Below are positions 45,839 to 55,785 of a stretch of DNA of 64,000 bases, one piece after another; the stretch's first letter is position 1, and each line of letters opens with the position of its first letter. Source of the stretch: Minisyncoccota bacterium (GTDB taxonomy: Bacteria > Patescibacteriota > Minisyncoccia > Phycocordibacterales > VMEP01). The position numbers and the translations under genes are program-made. The notes under the pieces are model-generated. The model saw only the letters and a program-made list of their open reading frames with translations. It did no database searches and was not told the DNA's origin. The stretch is taken from the NCBI GenBank assembly GCA_041661305.1, contig JBAZUR010000002.1:10621-74620 (forward strand), in the 5' to 3' direction.

Positions 45839-47140
45839 ATGGAAAAAAGAATTAATTTTAAAGATCAAAGAGGGCAGGCGGTACTTACTGTAGTGGTTTT
45901 CCTCCTTTCCATTGGAATGTCGATTATTTACGGAGTAGTTTCTCCAACACTAAAACAATCAGCTGTTGCTGAAAATTTCATACAGTCAGGACAAAGTTAT
46001 GCTACGTCTGAGTCAGGTATTGAGGACGTTATTTATCGTTTGAAAAAAGGAATGCAAGTTGGGGCGACAGAAACTTTGGTTGTTGCAAGTTCTACGGCTA
46101 CAACGATAATTACTCCAATTGGTAGTAGTGAAAAATCTCTTTTTTCGTCGGGAGATAGTTTTAGAAGGATTCGTAACATAAGCGCTGGTTTGATTGTTTC
46201 AAATGGAATTTCTTTTAATTACGGATTGCAGGTTGGAAATGGTGGCTTTGAACTTGAAAATAGTTCAAAAATAATTGGCAATGTTTATTCTGGTGGAAAA
46301 ATTGAAGGGGAGAACAGTAACTTAATTGAAGGGGATGTTATTTCTTCTGGGGCAACCGGCCGTATTATTGGCGTAAACGCAACAGGAAATGTTTACGCAC
46401 ACTCAATTAGTGATTCTCTTGTTGGAAAAAACGCTTATTATCAAAATATTACGAACACGACAGTTACCGGAACAAAATACCCAGGAAGTCCTGATCAAGC
46501 CGATGTTCCTATGCCAATTCCTGATACAGTTGTTGAGTCTTGGGAGCAGGAAGCGGTGGCAGGTGGCATGATTAGTTCTCCATGTCCGTACAAAATCACC
46601 AGTAATAAAACGCTAGGCCCCGTAAAAATTACTTGTGATGTAGAAATTTCTGGTAGTCCAGTTATAACGCTTAATGGACCTGTTTGGGTTACTGGGAATA
46701 TATCTTTTACTAATAGTGCAATTATTAAGGTGGCTTCAGCTCTTGGGGCTAAAAGTGTGGTGGTGATAGCAGATAATCCGAGCAACAGAATAACCTCTAG
46801 TCAAATAGATATTGCCAACTCAAATACGTTTCAGGGTTCAGGGCAGAGTGGCTCGTACGTACTTTTGCTATCTCAAAATAATGCAGCTGAGTTGGGTGCG
46901 CCAAAAGGGGAAAATGTGGCAATTAATATACAAAATACCGCCGGCGGAGCACTTTTAGTTTATGCTGGGCACGGAGAGATACAACTTAATAACAGTGCAA
47001 GTTTGAAAGAGGTTACTGCCTTTAGGGTTCACGCAAAAAATACAGCGTCTGTAACTTACGAAACAGGACTTGCTTCACTTCTTTTTTCAAGCGGACCATC
47101 TGGTTCGTGGACAATTAAGGGTTGGAAAGAAGCTCAATAA
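45839..47140 (+). CDS. Pilus-associated large protein with an N-terminal pilin-like TM helix (PilX-like N-terminus; possible tip or beta-helical adhesin)
   Basis: RGQAVLTVVVFLLSIG at the N-terminus. The body has Gly/Asn-rich repeats (GNVYSGGKIEGENSNLIEGDVISSGATGRIIGVNATGNVY). Confidence 0.4.
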   Translation: MEKRINFKDQRGQAVLTVVVFLLSIGMSIIYGVVSPTLKQSAVAENFIQSGQSYATSESGIEDVIYRLKKGMQVGATETLVVASSTATTIITPIGSSEKSLFSSGDSFRRIRNISAGLIVSNGISFNYGLQVGNGGFELENSSKIIGNVYSGGKIEGENSNLIEGDVISSGATGRIIGVNATGNVYAHSISDSLVGKNAYYQNITNTTVTGTKYPGSPDQADVPMPIPDTVVESWEQEAVAGGMISSPCPYKITSNKTLGPVKITCDVEISGSPVITLNGPVWVTGNISFTNSAIIKVASALGAKSVVVIADNPSNRITSSQIDIANSNTFQGSGQSGSYVLLLSQNNAAELGAPKGENVAINIQNTAGGALLVYAGHGEIQLNNSASLKEVTAFRVHAKNTASVTYETGLASLLFSSGPSGSWTIKGWKEAQ

Positions 47141-47183
47141 AAATATTTTTAGCGGACAACAACCGTGTGCTACAATTAGGTGA

Positions 47184-47957
47184 ATGAAAAAACTAATTGT
47201 TGGTAATTGGAAGATGAATCCCGAAACAGCAGAAGAAGCTAAGCGGATTGCTAGTGGGATTGTTAAGTTTTCTAAAAATATTAAAAAAACAGAAGTTGTT
47301 GTTTGTCCACCAATACTTTTTATTTCCGCTGTAGCTGAGGCTTCAAAGAAAACCAAGGTTTCTATTGGGGCACAAGATGCTTTTTATGAACCAAAAGGGG
47401 CTTATACAGGTTCAATTTCCGTGGATATGTTGAAAAGGATTGGGGTTAAGTATGTAATTCTTGGTCATTCTGAAAGGCGGGAGCTTGGCGAGACAGATGA
47501 ACTAGTAAATAAAAAAATAAAAGTTTGTTTGAAAAATAACGTGACTCCAATTGTTTGCGTTGGGGAAAAAACACGCGATGCTCACGGGTATTACTTAGCT
47601 TTTATGAAAAAAGAAATCGAGCATTCTTTAGCTGGAATTAAAAGGAAAGATTTAAAAGATATTGTCATTGCTTATGAGCCTGTTTGGGCAGTAGGTAACA
47701 AGGCCCTTAAGGCAATTAGCGCAGAAGATCTTTCCGAAATGGTTATATATATAAAAAGAACACTTGCTGATTTGTTTGGACAAACAGCGGCCTTGTCTGT
47801 ACGAATTTTATATGGGGGTTCGGTAAACAAAGAAAATGCAGGAGAGTTTTTTTACGGTGGTGGTTTGAGTGGTCTACTTGTAGGAAGAGATAGTTTAGAT
47901 ATTAAAAAATTTGCGGATATAATCACTCTTACCGAAGAAGCAGCTTCAATGAAATAG
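47184..47957 (+). CDS. tpiA: Triosephosphate isomerase
   Basis: VGNWKMN, GHSERR and ...YEPVWAVG are the TIM motifs. Confidence 0.9.
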   Translation: MKKLIVGNWKMNPETAEEAKRIASGIVKFSKNIKKTEVVVCPPILFISAVAEASKKTKVSIGAQDAFYEPKGAYTGSISVDMLKRIGVKYVILGHSERRELGETDELVNKKIKVCLKNNVTPIVCVGEKTRDAHGYYLAFMKKEIEHSLAGIKRKDLKDIVIAYEPVWAVGNKALKAISAEDLSEMVIYIKRTLADLFGQTAALSVRILYGGSVNKENAGEFFYGGGLSGLLVGRDSLDIKKFADIITLTEEAASMK

Positions 47958-47960
47958 AAT

Positions 47961-49073
47961 ATGCGTTTATCAACACTACCTAAAAATTTAAAGTTAAAAG
48001 GAAAGCGTGTTTTAATACGCCTTGATTTAAATGAGCCAATAGAAAAAGGGATGGTGGTTAATGATTTTCGAATACGGAGAGCACTTCCAACTTTGCAATT
48101 TTTAGTGAAAAACGGAGCACGAGTTGTTGTACTTAGCCACCGAGAGAAACCCGAAGATACAATTAAAGTTGCGGTTTTGCATTTAAATAAATTTATTAAA
48201 GCGGGGTTTGTCCCTGATGTTTGTGGAAGCGTTGCCGAGGAATCAATCAAAAGAATGGCAGACGGGAGTATTCTTGTTTTAGAGAACTTGAGACGCGAGA
48301 AAGGGGAAGAAAAAAACGAACTATCTTTCGCAAAGAAGCTTGCGAGATTTGGAGATATTTATATAAACGAAGCGTTTTCAGTCTCTCATAGAAAGCATGC
48401 GTCAATTGTTTCAGTACCAAAACTCTTACCTTCTTTTGCGGGTTTTCTTTTTGCTGAAGAAGTTTCTAATCTTTCTCGTGCTATTAAACCAAAACAGCCA
48501 CTTCTTATGGTTGTTAGTGGCGCCAAATCAGAAACCAAACTTCCACTCATAAAAAAATATTTGCCGAAAGCTTCAAATATTTTTGTTGGAGGCGCACTAG
48601 CCAATAGTTTTTTTAAGGAAGAAGGTTACGAAATAGGGAAATCTCTTGCCGATAAAAACACAAAAGCACTAAGCCCACTTTTAAAAAATAAAAAAGTATT
48701 TTTACCGGTTGATGTTGTTGTGAGAAGTGGGGAAGTTAAGTGGGCGGATGAGGTTTTAAAGAATGAATACATCGTTGATAATGGCCCAGAATCACTTTTT
48801 ATTCTTGAAAACATGATTGATAAATCAAAAACCGTTATTGTGAATGGACCACTTGGTGTTTATCAAGATGGATTTGGTGCTGGGACAGAAAAGCTTTTAA
48901 AAATTCTCGCAAAAGCAAAATGCGAAACTATTATTGGCGGAGGTGATACTTCGGCTCTTGTTTCTAAATTAAAACTTGAGAAAAAATTCTCATTTGTTTC
49001 GACTGGTGGCGGGGCGATGCTCGATTTTTTGATTAACGAAACTCTGCCTGGGATAAAAGCCCTAACTCGCTAA
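47961..49073 (+). CDS. pgk: Phosphoglycerate kinase
   Basis: RVDLNEPI and GGGDTS/GGGAM at the C-terminus, in 370 aa. Confidence 0.9.
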   Translation: MRLSTLPKNLKLKGKRVLIRLDLNEPIEKGMVVNDFRIRRALPTLQFLVKNGARVVVLSHREKPEDTIKVAVLHLNKFIKAGFVPDVCGSVAEESIKRMADGSILVLENLRREKGEEKNELSFAKKLARFGDIYINEAFSVSHRKHASIVSVPKLLPSFAGFLFAEEVSNLSRAIKPKQPLLMVVSGAKSETKLPLIKKYLPKASNIFVGGALANSFFKEEGYEIGKSLADKNTKALSPLLKNKKVFLPVDVVVRSGEVKWADEVLKNEYIVDNGPESLFILENMIDKSKTVIVNGPLGVYQDGFGAGTEKLLKILAKAKCETIIGGGDTSALVSKLKLEKKFSFVSTGGGAMLDFLINETLPGIKALTR

Positions 49074-49510
49074 TTATCTAAAATAATCTTTTTGATTTTT
49101 TCTGCAGTCGCAGACATTTCTCCCTCGTTATAATTTTTGCCATGCCAATGAGTGAAACCATCTCCAGTAAATCGGGGAACTAAATGAAGGTGTAGGTGGT
49201 AGACAAGTTGACCTGCTGGTCCGCCATTATTGTTTATGATATTTAGGCCGTCAGCGTTAACTCCATTTTTAACAGCACTAGAGACTATTTTTAGTGCCGA
49301 CACTATATTTTGAAGAGTTTCACTTGGTGTATCAAAAATATTTTGAGTATGTTTTTTCGGTATTAAAAGTGTGTGCCCGATGTTTATTGGATTAATATCT
49401 AAAAATGCCAAAGAGTGTTCATCCTCGTAGACTTTTTCGGCTGGAATTTCTCCAGCAATTATTTTACAAAAAAGACAATTTTTTTCTTCGATGGATGTTT
49501 CGTTGTTCAT
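49070..49510 (-). CDS. HIT-family (histidine triad) hydrolase
   Basis: CLFCKII near the N-terminus and the HLHLHLVPR histidine triad. Confidence 0.85.
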   Translation of the reverse strand: MNNETSIEEKNCLFCKIIAGEIPAEKVYEDEHSLAFLDINPINIGHTLLIPKKHTQNIFDTPSETLQNIVSALKIVSSAVKNGVNADGLNIINNNGGPAGQLVYHLHLHLVPRFTGDGFTHWHGKNYNEGEMSATAEKIKKIILDN

Positions 49511-49586
49511 GAATTGATTGTATGTAATTTAAGCTAATTTTCAAAGTAGAGGCTTAAAATTGTGTGTGGTAAAATGAGGGACCTTA

Positions 49587-51311
49587 ATGAAAGAAACCTA
49601 TAAAATAAAAAGCGAAATACCAGATGGTGCTCGAGAAAAGCTTGCCCAATATGGAGAATTTTTGGCAAAACTTTTATATCATCGTGGAATAAAAGAAGCA
49701 GATGAAGCTGAGAGGTTTTTAAATCCGGATTACGAGCGCGACACCAATGACCCTTTTCTAATTTTAAACATGGAACGTGGAGTGGAGCGTATTATGAGAG
49801 CTATCGAAGAAGAGGAAAGAATAGTTGTTTATGGAGATTATGATTGTGATGGAATTCCCGGCTCGGTTATTCTTCATGATTTTTTTAAAAAGATTGGCTA
49901 TAAAAATTTTTTAAATTATATCCCACATCGAAATATTGAAGGTTATGGATTAAATCGTGGAGCGATAGAGCAATTTGCCAAAGATGGCACAGCACTCGTT
50001 GTTACCGTCGATTGTGGAATAACTGATGTTCAAGAAGTTGCTTTGGCGAATGAACTTGGTATTGATGTAATTATTACCGACCATCATTTGCCACAAGCGA
50101 TACTTCCAAATGCTTATGCAATTATTAATTCAAAACAAGAAGGTGATACCTATCCCGACAACATGCTCTGTGGTGCGGGGGTTGCATTCAAATTAGTTCA
50201 AGCTCTTTTGTCTTTAGGGCGCGAAAAATGGGGGGTACCAACTGGATGGGAAAAATGGTTGCTTGATATGGCGGGTCTTTCAACCATTGCCGACATGGTC
50301 CCACTTCAAAAAGAAAATCGAGCTTTGGCTCATTTTGGAATTTCTGTTTTGAGAAAATCACGTCGACCAGGATTCCAAAAACTTTTACGAAAAATGTTTA
50401 TGGATCAACGACACATTACCGAAGACGACATTGCTTTTATGATTGCTCCGAGAATAAACGCCGCTTCACGGCTTGATGTTCCGTTTGAAGCATTTCGTCT
50501 TCTTTCTACAAATGATGAAACAACTGCTGATGAACTCTCTAGTCATTTGCAGAACATAAACGAAGGAAGAAAGGGGATGGTTCTTTCGATTATGAAGGAG
50601 GTTAAACAAACGATGGAGAAAAGAGAGCTGAGGGAAATTATTGTAATCGGAAGTCCTTCTTGGAAACCTGGGGTTGCGGGTCTTGTGGCAACGCGATTGG
50701 TTGAAGAATACGACAGACCTGTTTTTGTTTGGGGGTCTGATGAAAATAACACCCACCTTAAGGGTTCGTGTCGATCTGACGGCACGATTAATTTAGTTGA
50801 ACTTATGGTTAATGTTCCAGATGGAACATTTTTAGACGTTGGAGGTCACGAGTTTTCGGGTGGGTTTTCGGTTTCACACGAGGCGATTCATTTTTTAGAA
50901 GATGCACTTGTTAAGGCGTACCTTAACTTACCTAAAAAAGAAAAAGATACGGGGGCGATAGAAGTTGACGCGGAGCTAACACTTAATCAAGTTACCCGCG
51001 AAAATTATAAACATATTGAAAAGTTGGCACCTTTTGGTGTTGGCAACCATAAACCAACCTTTATTTTTCGTGGAGTTGTTCCAGAAGAAGTGAAAGCTTT
51101 TGGAAAAGGACGTAACCACTTGGAAATTATTTTCAAAACAGAAAAAGGAGATTTGGTTTCAGCGATAGGTTTTTTTAAAACGGCAAAAGATTTTGGCACT
51201 TTAGTTGAGGCGGGGACTCCGGTTGACATGGTGGCAACATTTGAAAAATCGATGTATCGAGGTGTCGATAAATTACGTTTGCGGATTGTTGATGTTGTGG
51301 CAAAAAGTTAG
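49587..51311 (+). CDS. recJ: Single-stranded-DNA-specific exonuclease RecJ
   Basis: DHH motifs (VYGDYDCDGI, ...ITDHH) and a DHHA1 domain in 574 aa. Confidence 0.9.
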   Translation: MKETYKIKSEIPDGAREKLAQYGEFLAKLLYHRGIKEADEAERFLNPDYERDTNDPFLILNMERGVERIMRAIEEEERIVVYGDYDCDGIPGSVILHDFFKKIGYKNFLNYIPHRNIEGYGLNRGAIEQFAKDGTALVVTVDCGITDVQEVALANELGIDVIITDHHLPQAILPNAYAIINSKQEGDTYPDNMLCGAGVAFKLVQALLSLGREKWGVPTGWEKWLLDMAGLSTIADMVPLQKENRALAHFGISVLRKSRRPGFQKLLRKMFMDQRHITEDDIAFMIAPRINAASRLDVPFEAFRLLSTNDETTADELSSHLQNINEGRKGMVLSIMKEVKQTMEKRELREIIVIGSPSWKPGVAGLVATRLVEEYDRPVFVWGSDENNTHLKGSCRSDGTINLVELMVNVPDGTFLDVGGHEFSGGFSVSHEAIHFLEDALVKAYLNLPKKEKDTGAIEVDAELTLNQVTRENYKHIEKLAPFGVGNHKPTFIFRGVVPEEVKAFGKGRNHLEIIFKTEKGDLVSAIGFFKTAKDFGTLVEAGTPVDMVATFEKSMYRGVDKLRLRIVDVVAKS

Positions 51312-51320
51312 AATAGCTGT

Positions 51321-52064
51321 ATGAAAAATAATCTTATTATCTTTGCTGACGGAAGCTCTCTTGGAAATCCCGGCCCAGGTGGTTGGGGTGCTGTTGTTGT
51401 GTACGAAAATAGTTCAAAAGTAGTTGAACTCGGTGGTGGAGATAAACATACAACCAACAATAGAATGGAGTTAACCGGTGCGATCGAAGCGTTAAATTTT
51501 TCTAACACAATAAAGGACGATGATCAGAAGTTGATTCTCCATACAGATTCAAGTTATGTAATAAATGGAATCACTAAATGGATTCATAATTGGGAAAAGA
51601 AAAATTGGATAGGTACTAATAAAAAAGAAATTTTGAACAAAGATTTGTGGGTGAAACTTTCAAAAATAGTCAAAGGTAAAAAAATTGAGTGGAAGCACGT
51701 GAAGGGCCATGTTGGAATTGCTGGTAACGAGCGAGCTGATTTTTTGGCCACGATGTGCGCAAAAGAACAAAGCTGGAAAAAAGAAAAATTTTTTACAGGT
51801 CCAATTTCAAAATACCCATATGATATTTTGAATACGAAAGTTAGTGTGACAAAGTCTGTGTCACGGGAAAAAACAAAATCAAAAAAGAAAAGTTCTAGTG
51901 CAAAGGCATACTCATATTTATCGTTAGTGAATGGCAAGCTCATGCGCCACGCAACTTGGGCAGAGTGCGAGAAGAGGGTGAAGGGTGTTCCAAAAACAAA
52001 ATTTAAAAAAGCATTTTCTAAAGAGGATGAAATCTCTATTGCGAAAGAGTGGGGAGTGAAGTAA
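51321..52064 (+). CDS. rnhA: Ribonuclease HI with a ~90-aa basic C-terminal extension
   Basis: IFADGSSLGNPGPGGWGAVV and ...HVKGHVGIAGNERADFLA. The Lys-rich tail is unusual. Confidence 0.85.
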   Translation: MKNNLIIFADGSSLGNPGPGGWGAVVVYENSSKVVELGGGDKHTTNNRMELTGAIEALNFSNTIKDDDQKLILHTDSSYVINGITKWIHNWEKKNWIGTNKKEILNKDLWVKLSKIVKGKKIEWKHVKGHVGIAGNERADFLATMCAKEQSWKKEKFFTGPISKYPYDILNTKVSVTKSVSREKTKSKKKSSSAKAYSYLSLVNGKLMRHATWAECEKRVKGVPKTKFKKAFSKEDEISIAKEWGVK

Positions 52065-52100
52065 AAAAATAAACGACTTGCGATGAGCGCAAGTCGTTTT
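52065..52100. terminator. Bidirectional rho-independent terminator after rnhA
   Basis: AAACGACTTGCGATGAGCGCAAGTCGTTTT, with a 10-bp stem. Confidence 0.7.
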
Positions 52101-52684
52101 CATTTCCTCCTCTCTTTTCCCGTCCTTATCAAAGGAATCCTTCTTCCGTTACCGATCTTTGTTTGAGGGAACCAAGATTTAATTTCAATTACTATCTTTG
52201 GGTCAAGCATCGGCATTTTCAGAACTGAACATCTGATTGCGTGACGATATAAATTCTCGTCTTGGTAGAAAGTTCCAGGCACTAAAAAGGTGTCTTTGTG
52301 CCAGGAAGTTTTGATGTCGCAATATGCAAGTATTTCGCAAAGATTCGCATATCGATAATCAAATTTATCCACCTCAATTTTTCCGCGAAGCTCTTTCTCA
52401 AACTGCTCAATCGAAACATTGCCTTCTGTGATTGCGAAGACGACGTCGACTAAGTATGGAGAATCCGGAAAAACAGAATAACGTGTTCCCGGTACACGAG
52501 AGACCCCGCGAGCGCTTAACTGTAATTCTAGTACGGCACTCTCATTGTCGTTTTTTTCAGACATCGCTGGGTGAAAAAATTTTGCGTAATGCTCGTATTT
52601 GGTCCTATTGACCAAGACCTTTCCACCAATTTCAATTTTCACAAAAGTTCCTTCCAAAAGAATTATCTGTTGATATTCTTTCAC
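52100..52684 (-). CDS. Hypothetical protein
   Basis: 194-aa ORF with no recognisable motif. It lies between rnhA and comEC on the opposite strand. Confidence 0.3.
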   Translation of the reverse strand: MKEYQQIILLEGTFVKIEIGGKVLVNRTKYEHYAKFFHPAMSEKNDNESAVLELQLSARGVSRVPGTRYSVFPDSPYLVDVVFAITEGNVSIEQFEKELRGKIEVDKFDYRYANLCEILAYCDIKTSWHKDTFLVPGTFYQDENLYRHAIRCSVLKMPMLDPKIVIEIKSWFPQTKIGNGRRIPLIRTGKERRK

Positions 52685-52702
52685 AAGCTTTTGTTTTTGT
52701 AT

Positions 52703-54226
52703 ATGTCTCTACTGTATTATGAAAAGGTGAGAAATATTCTATTTTTTGCGATATTTTTTGGTTTAATTGTCGGTATTGTTACTGAATCATATTTACGATT
52801 CGGTGGTTCTTTTATATTTTTGTTCTTGATTTTATCAATCGCATTTTCAATAACGAGATATTTTTTTGAAAGGAAACTCCTTTTTCATTCTTTGGCAATA
52901 TTTTTTCTTTGCGTTTCCTTCGGCGCAATACGCGCCGATTACTCAGAGTACAAATATAATTCAATTAAAAATGAACTCTCGACACTTGTTGGTACCCCGC
53001 ACGAGTTTAGTGGCATGGTTGTTGGAGGTGTTTCACACGGAGAACAAACAACAAAATTTTTTGTTTCATTAAGCGGGGTGAAAAGTAATGAAGGGAGTAA
53101 GAATATTGAAGGAATTATTTCTGTGGTAGCTTCTCGAGAGACTACAGTTTTCTATGGCGATGAAATAAGAATTTCCGGAACGATTACTGAACCAAAAAGT
53201 TTTGTTACAGAACGAGGGGATGTTTTTGATTACAGTGCATATCTCGCCACACGCGGAGCGCATTACGTGATGCTTTATCCAAAGATAAGTGTGTTAGGGG
53301 GAAATAAAAGCACGGGGATTATCGGTAAACTTGTTTCCTTAAAAACAGCTTTTGAGGAAAAAACAAAAGCAATTTTCGGTGAGCCAGAAGCTAGTCTTCT
53401 AAATGGAATTTTATTTGGAGCAAATGATTCACTTGGAGAGCCGTTAACGACAAATCTTAAAAACACATCAACAATTCATATTGCTGTGTTGTCTGGTTAT
53501 AATATCGCGCTTGTTGTCATTGCACTCTTGTTTATGACTTCGTTTTTACCAAAACTAATTAGTATCCTTTTTTCAATTATTGGAATTGTTTTATTTGTCG
53601 CAATGGTTGGAGTAGAGCCACCGGCCGTTCGCTCTGCAATCATGGCTATCGTCGCACTTTCAGGACTAATTTTAGGAAGACCGTATGATGCCGGAAGAGC
53701 ACTTTTTGTAGCGATAGCGCTCATGCTTTTTCAGAACCCAGAAATTTATGGAAATCCTTCGTTTATACTTTCGTGCCTCGCGACGTTTGGAATAATTTTT
53801 CTAACACCAATTTTTTCTTTATTGTTTTCGTCTATAACGAATCGTTACAATTTTCGCGAATTATTAGCAACAACTATTTCAGCCCAACTTTCAGTAACAC
53901 CTTATTTGGTTTATTTGGTCGGCGTTTTTTCGGTCGTGGCCCTGCCGGCAAATATTCTTGTTCTTCCTGTGATTCCACTTATTATGATTTTTGGGTTTAT
54001 CTCAGTTCTCGCTAGTTTTGTCGTTGGGGTAATTGCGCTTCCTCTTTTTGCTATTACGCACGTCCTGCTTTCGTATTTAATTAGCGTAGTTTCTTTTTTT
54101 GGAGGGCTATCGTTTGCTACGATTTCACTTGGAATAATTTCTGGAATTTATACCTTATTGTTTTATGTCATTATGGTTATAGTTTTTTTGTTTATACACA
54201 GAAAGGTAAGAGGAAATGAAAAATAA
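52703..54226 (+). CDS. comEC: ComEC/Rec2 DNA-uptake channel, membrane (DUF4131 plus competence) part
   Basis: Many TM helices and the motif HIAVLSGYNIALVV. The start was chosen at MSLLYYEK inside the listed 52571 ORF. The stop overlaps the next ORF at an A5 tract. Confidence 0.75.
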   Translation: MSLLYYEKVRNILFFAIFFGLIVGIVTESYLRFGGSFIFLFLILSIAFSITRYFFERKLLFHSLAIFFLCVSFGAIRADYSEYKYNSIKNELSTLVGTPHEFSGMVVGGVSHGEQTTKFFVSLSGVKSNEGSKNIEGIISVVASRETTVFYGDEIRISGTITEPKSFVTERGDVFDYSAYLATRGAHYVMLYPKISVLGGNKSTGIIGKLVSLKTAFEEKTKAIFGEPEASLLNGILFGANDSLGEPLTTNLKNTSTIHIAVLSGYNIALVVIALLFMTSFLPKLISILFSIIGIVLFVAMVGVEPPAVRSAIMAIVALSGLILGRPYDAGRALFVAIALMLFQNPEIYGNPSFILSCLATFGIIFLTPIFSLLFSSITNRYNFRELLATTISAQLSVTPYLVYLVGVFSVVALPANILVLPVIPLIMIFGFISVLASFVVGVIALPLFAITHVLLSYLISVVSFFGGLSFATISLGIISGIYTLLFYVIMVIVFLFIHRKVRGNEK

Positions 54227-55085
54227 TTTTAAGCAGTATTACGCATTTTTATTTATTTTAGTAATTCTCGTTATTAATGTTTTTGTTTGGTCGGCTGTTG
54301 TAAAGGAAGGGCGCGCAAAAGTTCTTACCGTTGCCTTTCTTGATGTTGGTGTTGGAGATGCAATTTATATAGAAGCGCCAAACGGGAACAGAATGCTTGT
54401 TGATGGTGGGCCCGACAGAAGCGTTGTTAGAGAGCTTTCAAAGTTGATGCCGTTTTACGAAAGATCAATTGATGTTGTTCTAGCAACTCATCCAGATAAA
54501 GATCATATCGGTGGTCTAATAGATGTTTTAAGAAACTACGATGTAAAAAATATTGTGACAACCGGCGCAACATCAACAACAGATACGGACGAGGTATTTA
54601 AAAAAGCGATTAAGGATGAAGAAAAAAGCGGGGCGGAAAATGTTGTTGCAAGAAGAGGGACAACAATAGAACTTTCACCAGAAGTTTTTTTCAGTATTCT
54701 TTATCCAATTTCTATTCATGCAAAAGACCAAACCAACGATACTTCTGTCGTTGGTATCCTTTATTATGGTAACGAATCGTTTATGTTGACTGGCGATGCT
54801 CCACAAAAAGTAGAGAAGTATCTTGTCGCGACGGATGGTAAAAATTTAAAAGCGACAGTTTTAAAACTCGGACACCATGGGTCAAAAACGTCTTCCAGCG
54901 AATCTTTCATTGGGAATGTTTCTCCAGATTACGCGATTATCTCCACTGCAAAGAAAAATAGATACGGACATCCACATAAAGAAGTAATTGATTTGTTGAA
55001 AAAATATAATATTCCGACGATTGCTACTTACGATTCAGGGACAGTAATCTTTAAAACAAACGGCGAAACTCTTACTCATAATTAA
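54216..55085 (+). CDS. comEC: ComEC C-terminal metallo-beta-lactamase-fold domain encoded as a separate ORF (split ComEC)
   Basis: VGVGDAIYIE...VDGGPD, HPDKDHIGG and ...LKLGHHGSKTS are MBL motifs. It overlaps the upstream ORF at ATGAAAAATAA. Confidence 0.75.
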   Translation: MKNNFKQYYAFLFILVILVINVFVWSAVVKEGRAKVLTVAFLDVGVGDAIYIEAPNGNRMLVDGGPDRSVVRELSKLMPFYERSIDVVLATHPDKDHIGGLIDVLRNYDVKNIVTTGATSTTDTDEVFKKAIKDEEKSGAENVVARRGTTIELSPEVFFSILYPISIHAKDQTNDTSVVGILYYGNESFMLTGDAPQKVEKYLVATDGKNLKATVLKLGHHGSKTSSSESFIGNVSPDYAIISTAKKNRYGHPHKEVIDLLKKYNIPTIATYDSGTVIFKTNGETLTHN

Positions 55086-55139
55086 ATTAAAAAACCCTTT
55101 GATGTTATCTTGGGGTTTTTTTGTGCTGTGAGCACAGAG

Positions 55140-55694
55140 CTATTTGACACAAGCTTTTGTGATTGCCGCCGAGGCAAGTTCCCGCATATTTCCGTAGATT
55201 GGGAAGTCGGGGTGTATTGCGGATTTGAAGTTGCGCACGACTCCATCAAGCCCCGGAAAATTCTTTTCTCCGCCAATCACGATTCGCAGGAAATGGTTGT
55301 ACATAAGTTGCCCGCGCCACTCTCCGAGCTCTCCACGAGTGTCCATTGCATATGGCAGGCCGTCGTTGCGAGGATGTTCCACGCTTTCTTCGGGTAGCCA
55401 AAAAATGATGCACCCGTGCGTTCCCGCGAGGTGAAGATAGTGGCGCTCCCAGTCGAGTTGGCGTTCGTAAACACCAGTTTTCCCGGATACCCTGAAGTTT
55501 CGCAGGAAATGATTTTGCCCGTAGCGCTGAGGAATAGCGACAAGGAAATCGCGATCGCCAATCTGACTCCTGATTTCACCACACATCGCGTATTGCCAGT
55601 CGCCACCACCTAAGACGGGTCCGGCAAGGAAGAATATGGGAAGATCTCCATATTCAGAAAGACCAACATGGTCTTTAGGAAGAACAATTTTCAT
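55140..55694 (-). CDS. Nucleoside 2-deoxyribosyltransferase / DNPH1-like superfamily protein (putative)
   Basis: IFFLAGPVLGGGDWQ resembles the (I/V)YxAGP..GG motif of the family, and LPEESVEH could hold the catalytic Glu. GC content is clearly higher than the surrounding DNA. Confidence 0.35.
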   Translation of the reverse strand: MKIVLPKDHVGLSEYGDLPIFFLAGPVLGGGDWQYAMCGEIRSQIGDRDFLVAIPQRYGQNHFLRNFRVSGKTGVYERQLDWERHYLHLAGTHGCIIFWLPEESVEHPRNDGLPYAMDTRGELGEWRGQLMYNHFLRIVIGGEKNFPGLDGVVRNFKSAIHPDFPIYGNMRELASAAITKACVK

Positions 55695-55755
55695 TGGAAG
55701 TACTCCTTTTGAGGTTGTCTATTTTCAAACTACATCAAACCAGTTTGTTTCGCAA

Positions 55756-55784
55756 GAAAAAATCCGCCACTTCGGCGGATTTTG
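55756..55784. terminator. Rho-independent terminator downstream of rpmB
   Basis: AAAAAATCCGCCACTTCGGCGGATTTTG. Confidence 0.7.
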
Positions 55785-55785
55785 A

